Assembly: GCA_039589315.1 (NCBI GenBank)
Contig: JBDHHQ010000013.1
Coordinates: 32,001-96,000, forward strand
Source of the DNA: Gemmatimonadota bacterium
Lineage (GTDB): Bacteria; Gemmatimonadota; Gemmatimonadetes; Longimicrobiales; Gaopeijiaceae
Length of the DNA: 64,000 nucleotides
Reading direction: 5' to 3'
Of this stretch, positions 19,274 through 29,705 are shown piece by piece. Each line of letters starts with the position of its first letter. The stretch's first letter is position 1. Position numbers and translations under genes: made by a program. A model generated the notes under the pieces. It saw only the letters and a list, made by a program, of their open reading frames with translations, searched no databases and was not told the origin of the DNA.

Positions 19274-20551
19274 TCAGGGATGGGGGCGCTTGAACACCTC
19301 ACCGCCCCGCATGACGAACGTGACGCGCTGGGTCGCCGTGATGTCGTCCAGCGGGTTCCCGTCGAGGGCCACCAGGTCCGCGAGGCGCCCCGCCTCGATC
19401 ACGCCCCGGTCACGGACGCCCAACAGGTCGGCGGCGTACAGGGTCGCCGAGCGAAGCGCCTCGAGCTCGTCCATCCCTCGCTTCTGCACGAGCGTCACGA
19501 ACTCTCCCGCATTCTGGCCGTGAGGGTAGACGCCGGCATCGGTGCCGAACGCGATCTTCACGCCGGCCTCCACCGCCCGGGTCACGCTCGCCACCGCCAG
19601 AGGCAGCACCTCCGCCGCCTTGGCCCGAATGGGCGCCGGCAGGGCATCCATGTCGATCTCCTCGACCAGGTAGGTGGTGGGGACCAGGTAGGTGCCATGC
19701 TCCTTCATGAGCTGCATCGCCTCGTCGTCCAGAACCGAGCCGTGCTCGATGGAGGCGACACCCGCCCGGACGGCGGCCTTGATGCCGTCCCCGCCGTGGG
19801 CGTGGGCGGCCACCCTGACACCGTGGCGCGCCGCCTCGTCCACCATGGCCCGGAGCTCCTCGTACGTGTACTGCTGGGCCCCGACGGGACCCTCGAAGGA
19901 CAGCACGCCCGCTGTGGCGCACGTCTTGATCACCTTGGCGCCGTGCTTGATCTGGTAGCGGACCGCCTTCAGGACCTCGTCCACGCCGTCGGCCACGCCG
20001 TCCGTCCAGTCGTTCTCGAGGACGCCCGGCTTCCATCCCGTCGCGTCGCAGTGGCCGCCGGTGATGCCCAGCGCGTTCCGGGACGGGAAAACCCAGGGGG
20101 CGTCCGCCTCACCCCGTTCAACGGCGCGCTGCAGGGCCACAGTCACGTCACCGCCGAAATCGCGGACGGTCGTGAAGCCCGCCAGCAGGGTCTTCTCGCC
20201 GTAGAACGCGGCCTTGAAGGCAGACTCGGACTCGAGCATGCGCACCGGCGCGGTGAACATCTCCGGGCTGACCTGTCCGGCGAGGTGCGTATGCAGGTCC
20301 ATGAAGCCCGGCACGAGCGTCGCCGCGCCGAGGTCGACCTCCTCGGCGGCGGAGGGGAGGCTTCCCGGATTCACCGATTCGATGGTTCGGCCCCGCACGA
20401 CGACCACGGGGTCGCTGATCATCTCGCCCGAGACCACGTCGAGCATCCGGGCGGCGCGGAGCACGATCGGCGTGGCATCCTGACCCCACGACGGTGCGGG
20501 AAGAGCCAGGACCAGGAGGAGGAGCGCCAGCGTCAGGCGAGGGTGTGTCAT
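19274..20551 (-). CDS. Secreted metal-dependent amidohydrolase (Xaa-Pro dipeptidase-like)
   Basis: PGFMDLHTH, GFTTVRD, GGHCD, AAHAHG, SIEHG, FGTDAG. Confidence 0.92.
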   Translation of the reverse strand: MTHPRLTLALLLLVLALPAPSWGQDATPIVLRAARMLDVVSGEMISDPVVVVRGRTIESVNPGSLPSAAEEVDLGAATLVPGFMDLHTHLAGQVSPEMFTAPVRMLESESAFKAAFYGEKTLLAGFTTVRDFGGDVTVALQRAVERGEADAPWVFPSRNALGITGGHCDATGWKPGVLENDWTDGVADGVDEVLKAVRYQIKHGAKVIKTCATAGVLSFEGPVGAQQYTYEELRAMVDEAARHGVRVAAHAHGGDGIKAAVRAGVASIEHGSVLDDEAMQLMKEHGTYLVPTTYLVEEIDMDALPAPIRAKAAEVLPLAVASVTRAVEAGVKIAFGTDAGVYPHGQNAGEFVTLVQKRGMDELEALRSATLYAADLLGVRDRGVIEAGRLADLVALDGNPLDDITATQRVTFVMRGGEVFKRPHP

Positions 20552-20750
20552 GCGGACCTTCCGTGCGGATCAGACAGTGGGTGAGATGACGAACGAGCGA
20601 GGCAAAGCCTTGGGGGGTAGCCCGGGACCCGAGTCCCTGAGGCCGGCTTCACCTCGCTCGCCGTCAATAGGCAAGGTAGGTTTCGCGGACGATCTCGTCT
20701 AGTCGGCCTTGCCCGACCAAGCCATTCGCCTGCGAGTCGAGAACGCTCCG

Positions 20751-23046
<2,296 letters not shown>

Positions 23047-23065
23047 CCCGCCGTCCTCGGCCCGC

Positions 23066-24214
23066 TCACGCGAACACTGCGCCGGCCGCGATGCGCCAAC
23101 GGGGCAGCGTGTCCCTGCGCACCCTCACGTCGCCCTCCTTGGGCGCGGTGAGGATCACCTGCCCGGTTTCCTCGCGCTCGATGAGCTCCAGAATCCGCGC
23201 ACTCCGACCCGCATCGAGCTCCGCGAATACGTCATCCATGAGCACCACCGGCTCCTGTCCCCGAGCCGTCCGGATGGTCTCGGCCTCGGTCAAGCGTAGC
23301 GCCAGCGCGGCCGTGCGTCGCTGCCCCCCGGAGCCGTAATCCCGAAGATCTATCTCGCCGCCCTCCGTGAAGAGCGTGAGACGGAGGTCGTCCCGGTGCG
23401 GACCCACGACCGTGTTGCCCATTCTCCGCTCTCGATCCGCGGCGGCGCAAAGCGCCTCGCGGAAGCGCGCCTGGACCTCCTCCTGATCGGGCGGCTCCAC
23501 GGCTCCCGGCTCTGTCGCATCGCCCAACGGTACACCGGAGTGATGCGTCATCCGACATCGTTGTCCCCCGGATATGCTCTCGTAATACCGGCCGAACGTT
23601 TCAGCCCACCGGGCCACCCAGGCCCAACGGGCCCGTGACACCGTCGTGCCTGAACGGATCAATGGCTCGTCCCAGACTTGTACCAACGCCGCCGGCTGCT
23701 CCCTCTTCAACGTCGCGTTCCTCTGTGCCAGGACATGACGATACCGCTGAAGGGCCTCGAGGTAGCCCTGTCGGTTCAGCGAAAGGACGATGTCCAGGAA
23801 GCGGCGCCGGGCCCCCGGCCCGCCGTTCACCAGCGCCACGTCGGCCGGGGAGAAGATGACCGCCGCCAGCCTGCCCAGTGCATCGCCGATGCGCTCCGTC
23901 TCCACCCCATCCACTGTGACCTTCTTCCGCCTTCCCCTCCGTTGGAACGCGGCCGTGACCTCCACAGGCCGATCCGCGGCGACCTGCGGCTGAAGCGAGG
24001 CGGCTACGTGGAACGCCTCGGCGCCGAAGCCCACGAGCTGCTCGTCCCTTCCGCCGCGAAAGGACCGAAAGGTCTCCAGATAGTAGATCGACTCCAGGAG
24101 GTTCGACTTCCCCTGAGCGTTTTCTCCGACGATCGCCGCTCCCTCCGGCGGAAAGAACAGCTCCTGTCTTCCCAGATTGCGGAAGTCGCGGAGCGAGAGC
24201 CGGCTCAAGTGCAC
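23066..24214 (-). CDS. recF: DNA replication/repair protein RecF
   Basis: LRDFRN, GENAQGKSNLLE, GPHRDDL, GSGGQRR, LMDDVFAELD. Confidence 0.96.
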   Translation of the reverse strand: MHLSRLSLRDFRNLGRQELFFPPEGAAIVGENAQGKSNLLESIYYLETFRSFRGGRDEQLVGFGAEAFHVAASLQPQVAADRPVEVTAAFQRRGRRKKVTVDGVETERIGDALGRLAAVIFSPADVALVNGGPGARRRFLDIVLSLNRQGYLEALQRYRHVLAQRNATLKREQPAALVQVWDEPLIRSGTTVSRARWAWVARWAETFGRYYESISGGQRCRMTHHSGVPLGDATEPGAVEPPDQEEVQARFREALCAAADRERRMGNTVVGPHRDDLRLTLFTEGGEIDLRDYGSGGQRRTAALALRLTEAETIRTARGQEPVVLMDDVFAELDAGRSARILELIEREETGQVILTAPKEGDVRVRRDTLPRWRIAAGAVFA

Positions 24215-24340
24215 CGGAAGCGGGTCGGAGAATGCCGGAAAAGCATGAGGGAATTTAGTCACTTCGAGGCGATCGCGCTACCCCGACGGGGCGCGGAAAG
24301 CTCAACAATGACAACGATTTTGGGCGTTTTGCGGATCGGA

Positions 24341-24799
24341 CTAGCGGATCAGCGTGCTTACCGAGTCGACGGAGATCCTGCTGCCCTGGAGATCGTGGAT
24401 TTCGAGAAGGAGAGTCACGCCCGTCGCCTCCCGAAACTGATCAGGCTGCCCGCGGACGAAGACGGCCGTCGGCGGGCTCTCGTCGATCGTGAACTCGGTG
24501 ACGTGGAACGGCTGCGACCCGGCGTATTCCTCGTAGTCGAGGAAGGCCAGGAGCCGCAGCTCGAGGCCGGTCGGGAAGTTCCCCGCATAGGTGACCTGGA
24601 CGCCAGACCCGGAGATCCACACGTCGGTGAAGAAGACCTGATCCCGCTGGGGGTGGGTGATGAACACCAGCGGTGGGCCATTGGGGTCGCGCTGTTCTTC
24701 CTCGACCCCGGTGAGGGGCCGGGTCCTACCTTCGACGCAGGCGCCCGCCGCGAGTGCCAAGGTGACGACCGTACCCGTGAGAATCCAGTTGCAGCGCAT
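24341..24799 (-). CDS. Hypothetical lipoprotein
   Basis: Signal peptide ending AAGAC; beta-rich mature region. Confidence 0.6.
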   Translation of the reverse strand: MRCNWILTGTVVTLALAAGACVEGRTRPLTGVEEEQRDPNGPPLVFITHPQRDQVFFTDVWISGSGVQVTYAGNFPTGLELRLLAFLDYEEYAGSQPFHVTEFTIDESPPTAVFVRGQPDQFREATGVTLLLEIHDLQGSRISVDSVSTLIR

Positions 24800-24838
24800 C
24801 CTGCAGTACTTCCCATCTGTGCCGCCGCGAGGGGCGAC

Positions 24839-25624
24839 TCAGCGACCTTGGAACTCCGGCTTCCGCTTCTCCGAAAAGGCGCCCATGCCTTCCTTCATGT
24901 CCTCGGTCGACGCGAGGACGCCGAACAGGGTCGACTCGAAGTTGAGCGCGTCGGCCATCGAAGTGTCCAGCGCGTGATACACCGATTCGAGCGCCATGCG
25001 CACCGCGATCGGGCCATTCCTGGTGACGCGGCGCATGCGCTTCGTCGCCTGCTCGAGCAGCGACTCCCTAGACACTACGGCTGTCACCAACCCCAGCCCC
25101 AGTGCCTCTTCCGCGTCGATCATGCCGCCCGTCAGCGTGAGCTCCACCGCCCGACCCAGGCCGACCACTCGGGCCAAACGGATGGTACCCCCGTACCCGG
25201 GGATGATCCCCAGGCCAACCTCAGGCAGGCCCAGCTTGGCGTTGTCCGAGGCGATGCGGAGGTGGCACGCCAGCGCCAACTCCAGCCCTCCACCCAGGGC
25301 GAAGCCTCCGATGGCGGCCATGACGGGCACGGAAAACCGCTCGATCATGAGGAAGATCTGCTGACCCTCACGGCTGATCCTCACGGCCCCCAGGCTGTCC
25401 ATCTGAGAGAGGACGCCGATGTCGGCGCCCGCCACGAAGGACTTCTCTCCGGCCCCGGTGATGATCACCCCCCGGAGGTCGGCGTCCCTGGCCAGGTCGT
25501 CGAAGGCCCGTCCGAGCTGGCTGAAGACGTCTGAGTTGAGGGCGTTCAGCTTGTCCTGCCGATCGATCACGACGATGGCCAGCTCTTCGTCCCGCTCGAC
25601 CCGGACGTAGGTGGTGTCGCTCAA
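24839..25624 (-). CDS. Enoyl-CoA hydratase (crotonase)
   Basis: KLNALN, FVAGADI, GGGLEL, LPEVGLGIIPG; probable TTG start. Confidence 0.93.
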   Translation of the reverse strand: MSDTTYVRVERDEELAIVVIDRQDKLNALNSDVFSQLGRAFDDLARDADLRGVIITGAGEKSFVAGADIGVLSQMDSLGAVRISREGQQIFLMIERFSVPVMAAIGGFALGGGLELALACHLRIASDNAKLGLPEVGLGIIPGYGGTIRLARVVGLGRAVELTLTGGMIDAEEALGLGLVTAVVSRESLLEQATKRMRRVTRNGPIAVRMALESVYHALDTSMADALNFESTLFGVLASTEDMKEGMGAFSEKRKPEFQGR

Positions 25625-25815
25625 GGTTTGGAGCTCCGTGGCAAGGGGTTTTCGGAAGGCGCCCTGACGGGGCACGACGGGAAACGTAGTCACGCTGAAG
25701 CCTCGGCGCGACGGGCCCCGGCCGCCATGGCGTGCGACTTGAGCCCGCGGTACGTTCTGCCGGGTTCGGAAAGAGAAACCGGCCGATCGAGGTCCAACGC
25801 GGAGCAGGAAGAACC

Positions 25816-26247
25816 ATGAGCCGTTCCCTCAACAAAGTGATGCTGATCGGAAACGTCGGCAGCGAACCCGAAGTCCGGGCCACCGCCTCGGGTGCGCGCG
25901 TCGCCAAGGTGTCCCTGGCCACCAACCGGAGCTTTCAGGATCGGTCGGGGCAGACCCAGGAGCGGACCGAGTGGCATCGCCTGACGTTCTTCGGTCGTCT
26001 GGCCGACATCGTCGAGCAGTACGTGCGGAAGGGAGACCGACTCTACGCCGAGGGACGTATCGAGTACTCTCAGACGCAGGACGACAAGGGCGGCACCCGG
26101 TATTGGACGGACATCGTGGTCAACGAGATGGTGATGCTGGGCTCCTCCGGGACGGAGGGTGGCGGTGGCTACGCCAGCCGTCCAGTCGCAGAGCCCCAGA
26201 GCGCATCGACTCCCCTGAGCCAGCCCGACGACGACCTGCCCTTCTAG
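25816..26247 (+). CDS. ssb: Single-stranded DNA-binding protein
   Basis: SLNKVMLIGNVG, TEWHR, C-terminal DDDLPF. Confidence 0.97.
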   Translation: MSRSLNKVMLIGNVGSEPEVRATASGARVAKVSLATNRSFQDRSGQTQERTEWHRLTFFGRLADIVEQYVRKGDRLYAEGRIEYSQTQDDKGGTRYWTDIVVNEMVMLGSSGTEGGGGYASRPVAEPQSASTPLSQPDDDLPF

Positions 26248-26312
26248 TTACCACGCTAGCGCCTGGGGAGCTCCGGTGCGGGCTTCATCCGCCAGCGTAG
26301 CGCCTCGACCCC

Positions 26313-27227
26313 CTACGTTCCACCTTCGGGGGCCGCGCTCCGTACGGGAGGCAAGGAGCGCAGGTACGCCCAGACTGCCGCGAGCTCCACAGCCGTCATC
26401 TCGGCCGTGTTCCTCCACGGCATGACCGGGTCGATGGCGCTGCCGTCCGGCCGCGTGCCCTCTCGAAGCGCCCGGACGAAGTCGTCCTGACTCCAGGGAC
26501 CGAGGCCCGTCTCGGGGTCTGGAGTGAGGTTCGGCGCGGCGGGCCAGTCCAGGGGTGCGCCGCCAATGATCCCGCCACCCAGGTCCGGCCCGTGGCACCG
26601 CTTACATCCGCTGGCCAGGTACGCACCGTACTCGACGGTGGGCCCCGGGGCCGGAGCCCTGGGCCTGGGCGCCTCGTGGTCGATGAGCTCTGCGGGGACC
26701 AGATCCAGACGGCCGGTCGCGAAGAGGAACCGTCCCAGACCGCGGATCAGGAGCGACGGCTGCGAGGCGTCCACCGGCGGTACGGACTGCACGTAGCCCA
26801 GCAGGGCGGACAGGTCTTCGTCCGACAACACCCAGTAGTCGTGTGAGGGCATGTACACCAGGGGCAGCAGGTCAGGACCGACGCCATGGCGAATCGCCCG
26901 GACCCAGTCCTGGGGACCGTAGCGGGCGGCAATCCCACCGCTACCCGCCGTCAGATTGGGGGCCACGAGGCGCATGGGCGGCGCGTCTGCGACCACGGTC
27001 CCCGCGAGATCCTCCCCGTGGCAGTCGAAGCAGCCCCAGATCCGGGCCACGTGAGCGCCACGCTCTCGCCGATCGGGATCGACCGTCACGTTCAACTGCC
27101 GTGCCGGCACGTCGTAGGCCCGGGAGAAACGGCGCTCGGTGGTGAGATACACCCACGAGACCATGGCGAGCACGGCGACAACGGCCAACAACACCGCCGA
27201 GATCAGCCCGCTGACTAGTCGCCCCAA
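26313..27227 (-). CDS. Membrane-anchored diheme cytochrome c
   Basis: CFDCH and CKRCH, APNLT, MP motifs; N-terminal TM. Confidence 0.9.
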   Translation of the reverse strand: MGRLVSGLISAVLLAVVAVLAMVSWVYLTTERRFSRAYDVPARQLNVTVDPDRRERGAHVARIWGCFDCHGEDLAGTVVADAPPMRLVAPNLTAGSGGIAARYGPQDWVRAIRHGVGPDLLPLVYMPSHDYWVLSDEDLSALLGYVQSVPPVDASQPSLLIRGLGRFLFATGRLDLVPAELIDHEAPRPRAPAPGPTVEYGAYLASGCKRCHGPDLGGGIIGGAPLDWPAAPNLTPDPETGLGPWSQDDFVRALREGTRPDGSAIDPVMPWRNTAEMTAVELAAVWAYLRSLPPVRSAAPEGGT

Positions 27228-27348
27228 TCCGGCCTCCCGACACGGAACCAGTGCTCACGGCCGCCCCCGGGTCGGAGCGGCTCAGTGGTGGAATTGACGG
27301 GGTCCCCCGCCTCAGGCACAAGGGTGCGCACGACGAGGCGGTTTTCGG

Positions 27349-29538
27349 TCAGCGGAGCGAAGCCTGGGCGTCGTGGGGTGAGCCCACCAGCCCGTTCACC
27401 GGAACAGGGGGCGCTCCCAGGCACGGCTCACCGGAGCCGCAACCGTAGAGGCTCGTGTAGATGAGGGCATTCTTCTGCACGACCTTCACGTACTCCCGCG
27501 TTTCCCGGAACGGAATCCGTTCCATGAAGAAGTCCCGATCGCTGTACTCGGGCATGTTGCGCCACCGACGGATCCGGGTGGGTCCGGCGTTGTAGGCGAC
27601 CAGGACATCCACCAGCTCACCGTCGTACCTCTGCAGCATGTTCTCCAGGAAGGTCATGCCCAGCCTCACGTTCACCTCGGCCTCGGTGAGCCGCCGCGCG
27701 CTGAACGGTGTGATGCCCAGCCGTGAGGCCAGCTCTCGGCCAGTGGCGGGCATCACCTGCATCATCCCGATCGCGCCGGCCCGGCTCTCGATGTCCTCGT
27801 CGAACATGGACTCCTGCCGGATCAGGCCCGCGGCGAGGAACGGATTCACTTCCAGCCGGGCCGCCTCTCGCACGATGAGCTCACGGTGGGGAAAGGGATA
27901 GACGATCCGCATCAGCCGGACGTCCCATCCTTGCTGGTCGCGCTGCAGCTCTCTGCCCAGGAGGATCCCCTGGATGGGAAGGCCACCGTCGATCAGGGCC
28001 TCGGCCAGGGCGTATCCGCCCCCCGCTCCATCTTTGAAGTACGCCGTCAGTCTGCCCAACTCGTAGGCGAAGGAGCCGGGCGTGGGCACCTTCATATGCA
28101 CCCGTAGGCGCGCCACGGCGTTCGCGAGCTCGGCGTCCAGGGCCCGCCCGTTCCCGATCGGACCGGCGGCGAGCTCCTCGGCGAGGAGGGGAGCGCCCAA
28201 CCGCCGTGCCGCCTCGCTGCCGTAGTAGGAAAGCGGATCGGCCTGGTAGACCTCCTCGAACCGGGCGCGGGCGCTGTCGGGCTCGTTCAACGCCTCGTAG
28301 ACGAGACCGCTCCAGTAGGCCGCCTGCTGTCTCGATCCGAGACGCCCTGCCTCCCGCCGGCGCCGATCGTAGATCTGGGCGGCCTCCGCGAGATGAGCAT
28401 CGGCGTAGGCCATGCCGCCAAGCCGCATTCCTGCCACATCCGCGGTGGTCGTGCGTGGAGCCACGTCCAGGATCCTTCGGTAGTAGGCCTGCGCGCTGGC
28501 GACACGGCCGGCGTCGTCATCCAGCTCCGCCAGGAGATACAAGGCGTCTCGGGCAGCCCTGGCGTCGGGAAAGCGGTCTGCCACGCTTTCGAGCGTCGCG
28601 CGGCCGGCTTCCCGTTGGCCCTGCCGGTAGCGGGCGCGGCCCTCGAAGTACAGCGCCCGGGCCTGGATGGGGGCGCCTGCCGTGCTGTCGCCCAGGAGCT
28701 CGACCGCGCCCCGTTCCGCGTCGCCGTAACGGCGCGTGGAGAAGTACGCTCGCACGAGGTCCAACCGGGCCTGGGCCCGCTCCTCGGGGTCCAAGGAGTC
28801 CAGTGTCACGCCGGCTTCCAGGCCGTCCACGGATCCACGCCACTCACCCTGGGTGACCTTGGTGCGGGCGATGGTGTATCTCGCCTTCGCGTCCAGATGG
28901 GGCAGTCGCGCCAAGACGTCCACGGCGTCAGTAGCCCAGCGGCCGCCGCGGTCCGAGGTGGCTGCCTCCGTCAGGGCCTCCCGGGCACGGCTGGAATCCC
29001 CCGCGGCCAACGCCAGCTCGCCCAGGCGGAGGAGCGCCAGGGAACGGGTCCGGTCGTCAGGGGCGGCAGCCACCGCGGCCTCCGCGATCGGCACCGCATC
29101 CCCCGGTGATTCCGCCACCTCCAGCGCCCGGGCGCGAGGGAGCCACGCCCACCGCTCGCGAGCGGCGGACCCGGCCGGCAGACGCTCCAGACGCTGCCGC
29201 ACCCCCATCGTGTCTCCCAGCTCTGCGAGCTCCTCCGCGACGAAGAGGGGGGTCCAGTCGGCCAGGGTCGGCAGGTAGTCGGAGAGCTGCCCCATGAGCT
29301 CGGCAGCCTCCCGGTGATCGCCGTCCCGGGAGTGAGCCACAGCCTCTTCCAGGGCCTGGAGGCCCGCCCGCAAATCCGCCGAGTCGGGTGCCGGAGCGGA
29401 GAGGTAGAGAGTCAGCGGATCCGGGGCCGGTGAGGGCCCCGTGGAGCCGGGAGGGCCCGGTGCCTGAGCCAGAACGGATCGGGAACCGCCAGCGGCGGTC
29501 CCGAGAACCATGAGTACGGAGACCAGACGAGAGAGCAT
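27349..29538 (-). CDS. slt: Soluble lytic murein transglycosylase (Slt70-like, TPR superhelix)
   Basis: IRQES, GAIGMMQVMP, AYNAG, IPFRETREYV; TPR-like N-terminus. Confidence 0.9.
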   Translation of the reverse strand: MLSRLVSVLMVLGTAAGGSRSVLAQAPGPPGSTGPSPAPDPLTLYLSAPAPDSADLRAGLQALEEAVAHSRDGDHREAAELMGQLSDYLPTLADWTPLFVAEELAELGDTMGVRQRLERLPAGSAARERWAWLPRARALEVAESPGDAVPIAEAAVAAAPDDRTRSLALLRLGELALAAGDSSRAREALTEAATSDRGGRWATDAVDVLARLPHLDAKARYTIARTKVTQGEWRGSVDGLEAGVTLDSLDPEERAQARLDLVRAYFSTRRYGDAERGAVELLGDSTAGAPIQARALYFEGRARYRQGQREAGRATLESVADRFPDARAARDALYLLAELDDDAGRVASAQAYYRRILDVAPRTTTADVAGMRLGGMAYADAHLAEAAQIYDRRRREAGRLGSRQQAAYWSGLVYEALNEPDSARARFEEVYQADPLSYYGSEAARRLGAPLLAEELAAGPIGNGRALDAELANAVARLRVHMKVPTPGSFAYELGRLTAYFKDGAGGGYALAEALIDGGLPIQGILLGRELQRDQQGWDVRLMRIVYPFPHRELIVREAARLEVNPFLAAGLIRQESMFDEDIESRAGAIGMMQVMPATGRELASRLGITPFSARRLTEAEVNVRLGMTFLENMLQRYDGELVDVLVAYNAGPTRIRRWRNMPEYSDRDFFMERIPFRETREYVKVVQKNALIYTSLYGCGSGEPCLGAPPVPVNGLVGSPHDAQASLR

Positions 29539-29705
29539 GGGCGCTTCGGACGAGAGGCCGCGTTCTTCTCCGTTCTACAACCCTCAGAAGCGGCCGACGG
29601 ATTCCGCTACCGACAGGGTAATAGCGGGCTACCGGGTCAAGCTACGTAGCGCGGTGGGCAGAAGCAAACAAATGTTTAAGAGGCAGCGCCGAGCCCGGCC
29701 CTCCC

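Noticed and set aside
18845..20584. Long opposite-strand or alternate-frame ORFs (e.g. 18845-20584 +, 23678-25534 +, 36653-38335 +, 61201-62970 +)
   Set aside because: Shadow ORFs of real genes typical of high-GC DNA; no motifs, and they overlap confidently identified CDS.
20600..20635. c-di-GMP-I riboswitch-like GCAAAGCC...GGTAGC segment
   Set aside because: Lacks the GGCAAACC/GNRA P2 stem and tetraloop receptor, and is antisense to the downstream gene.
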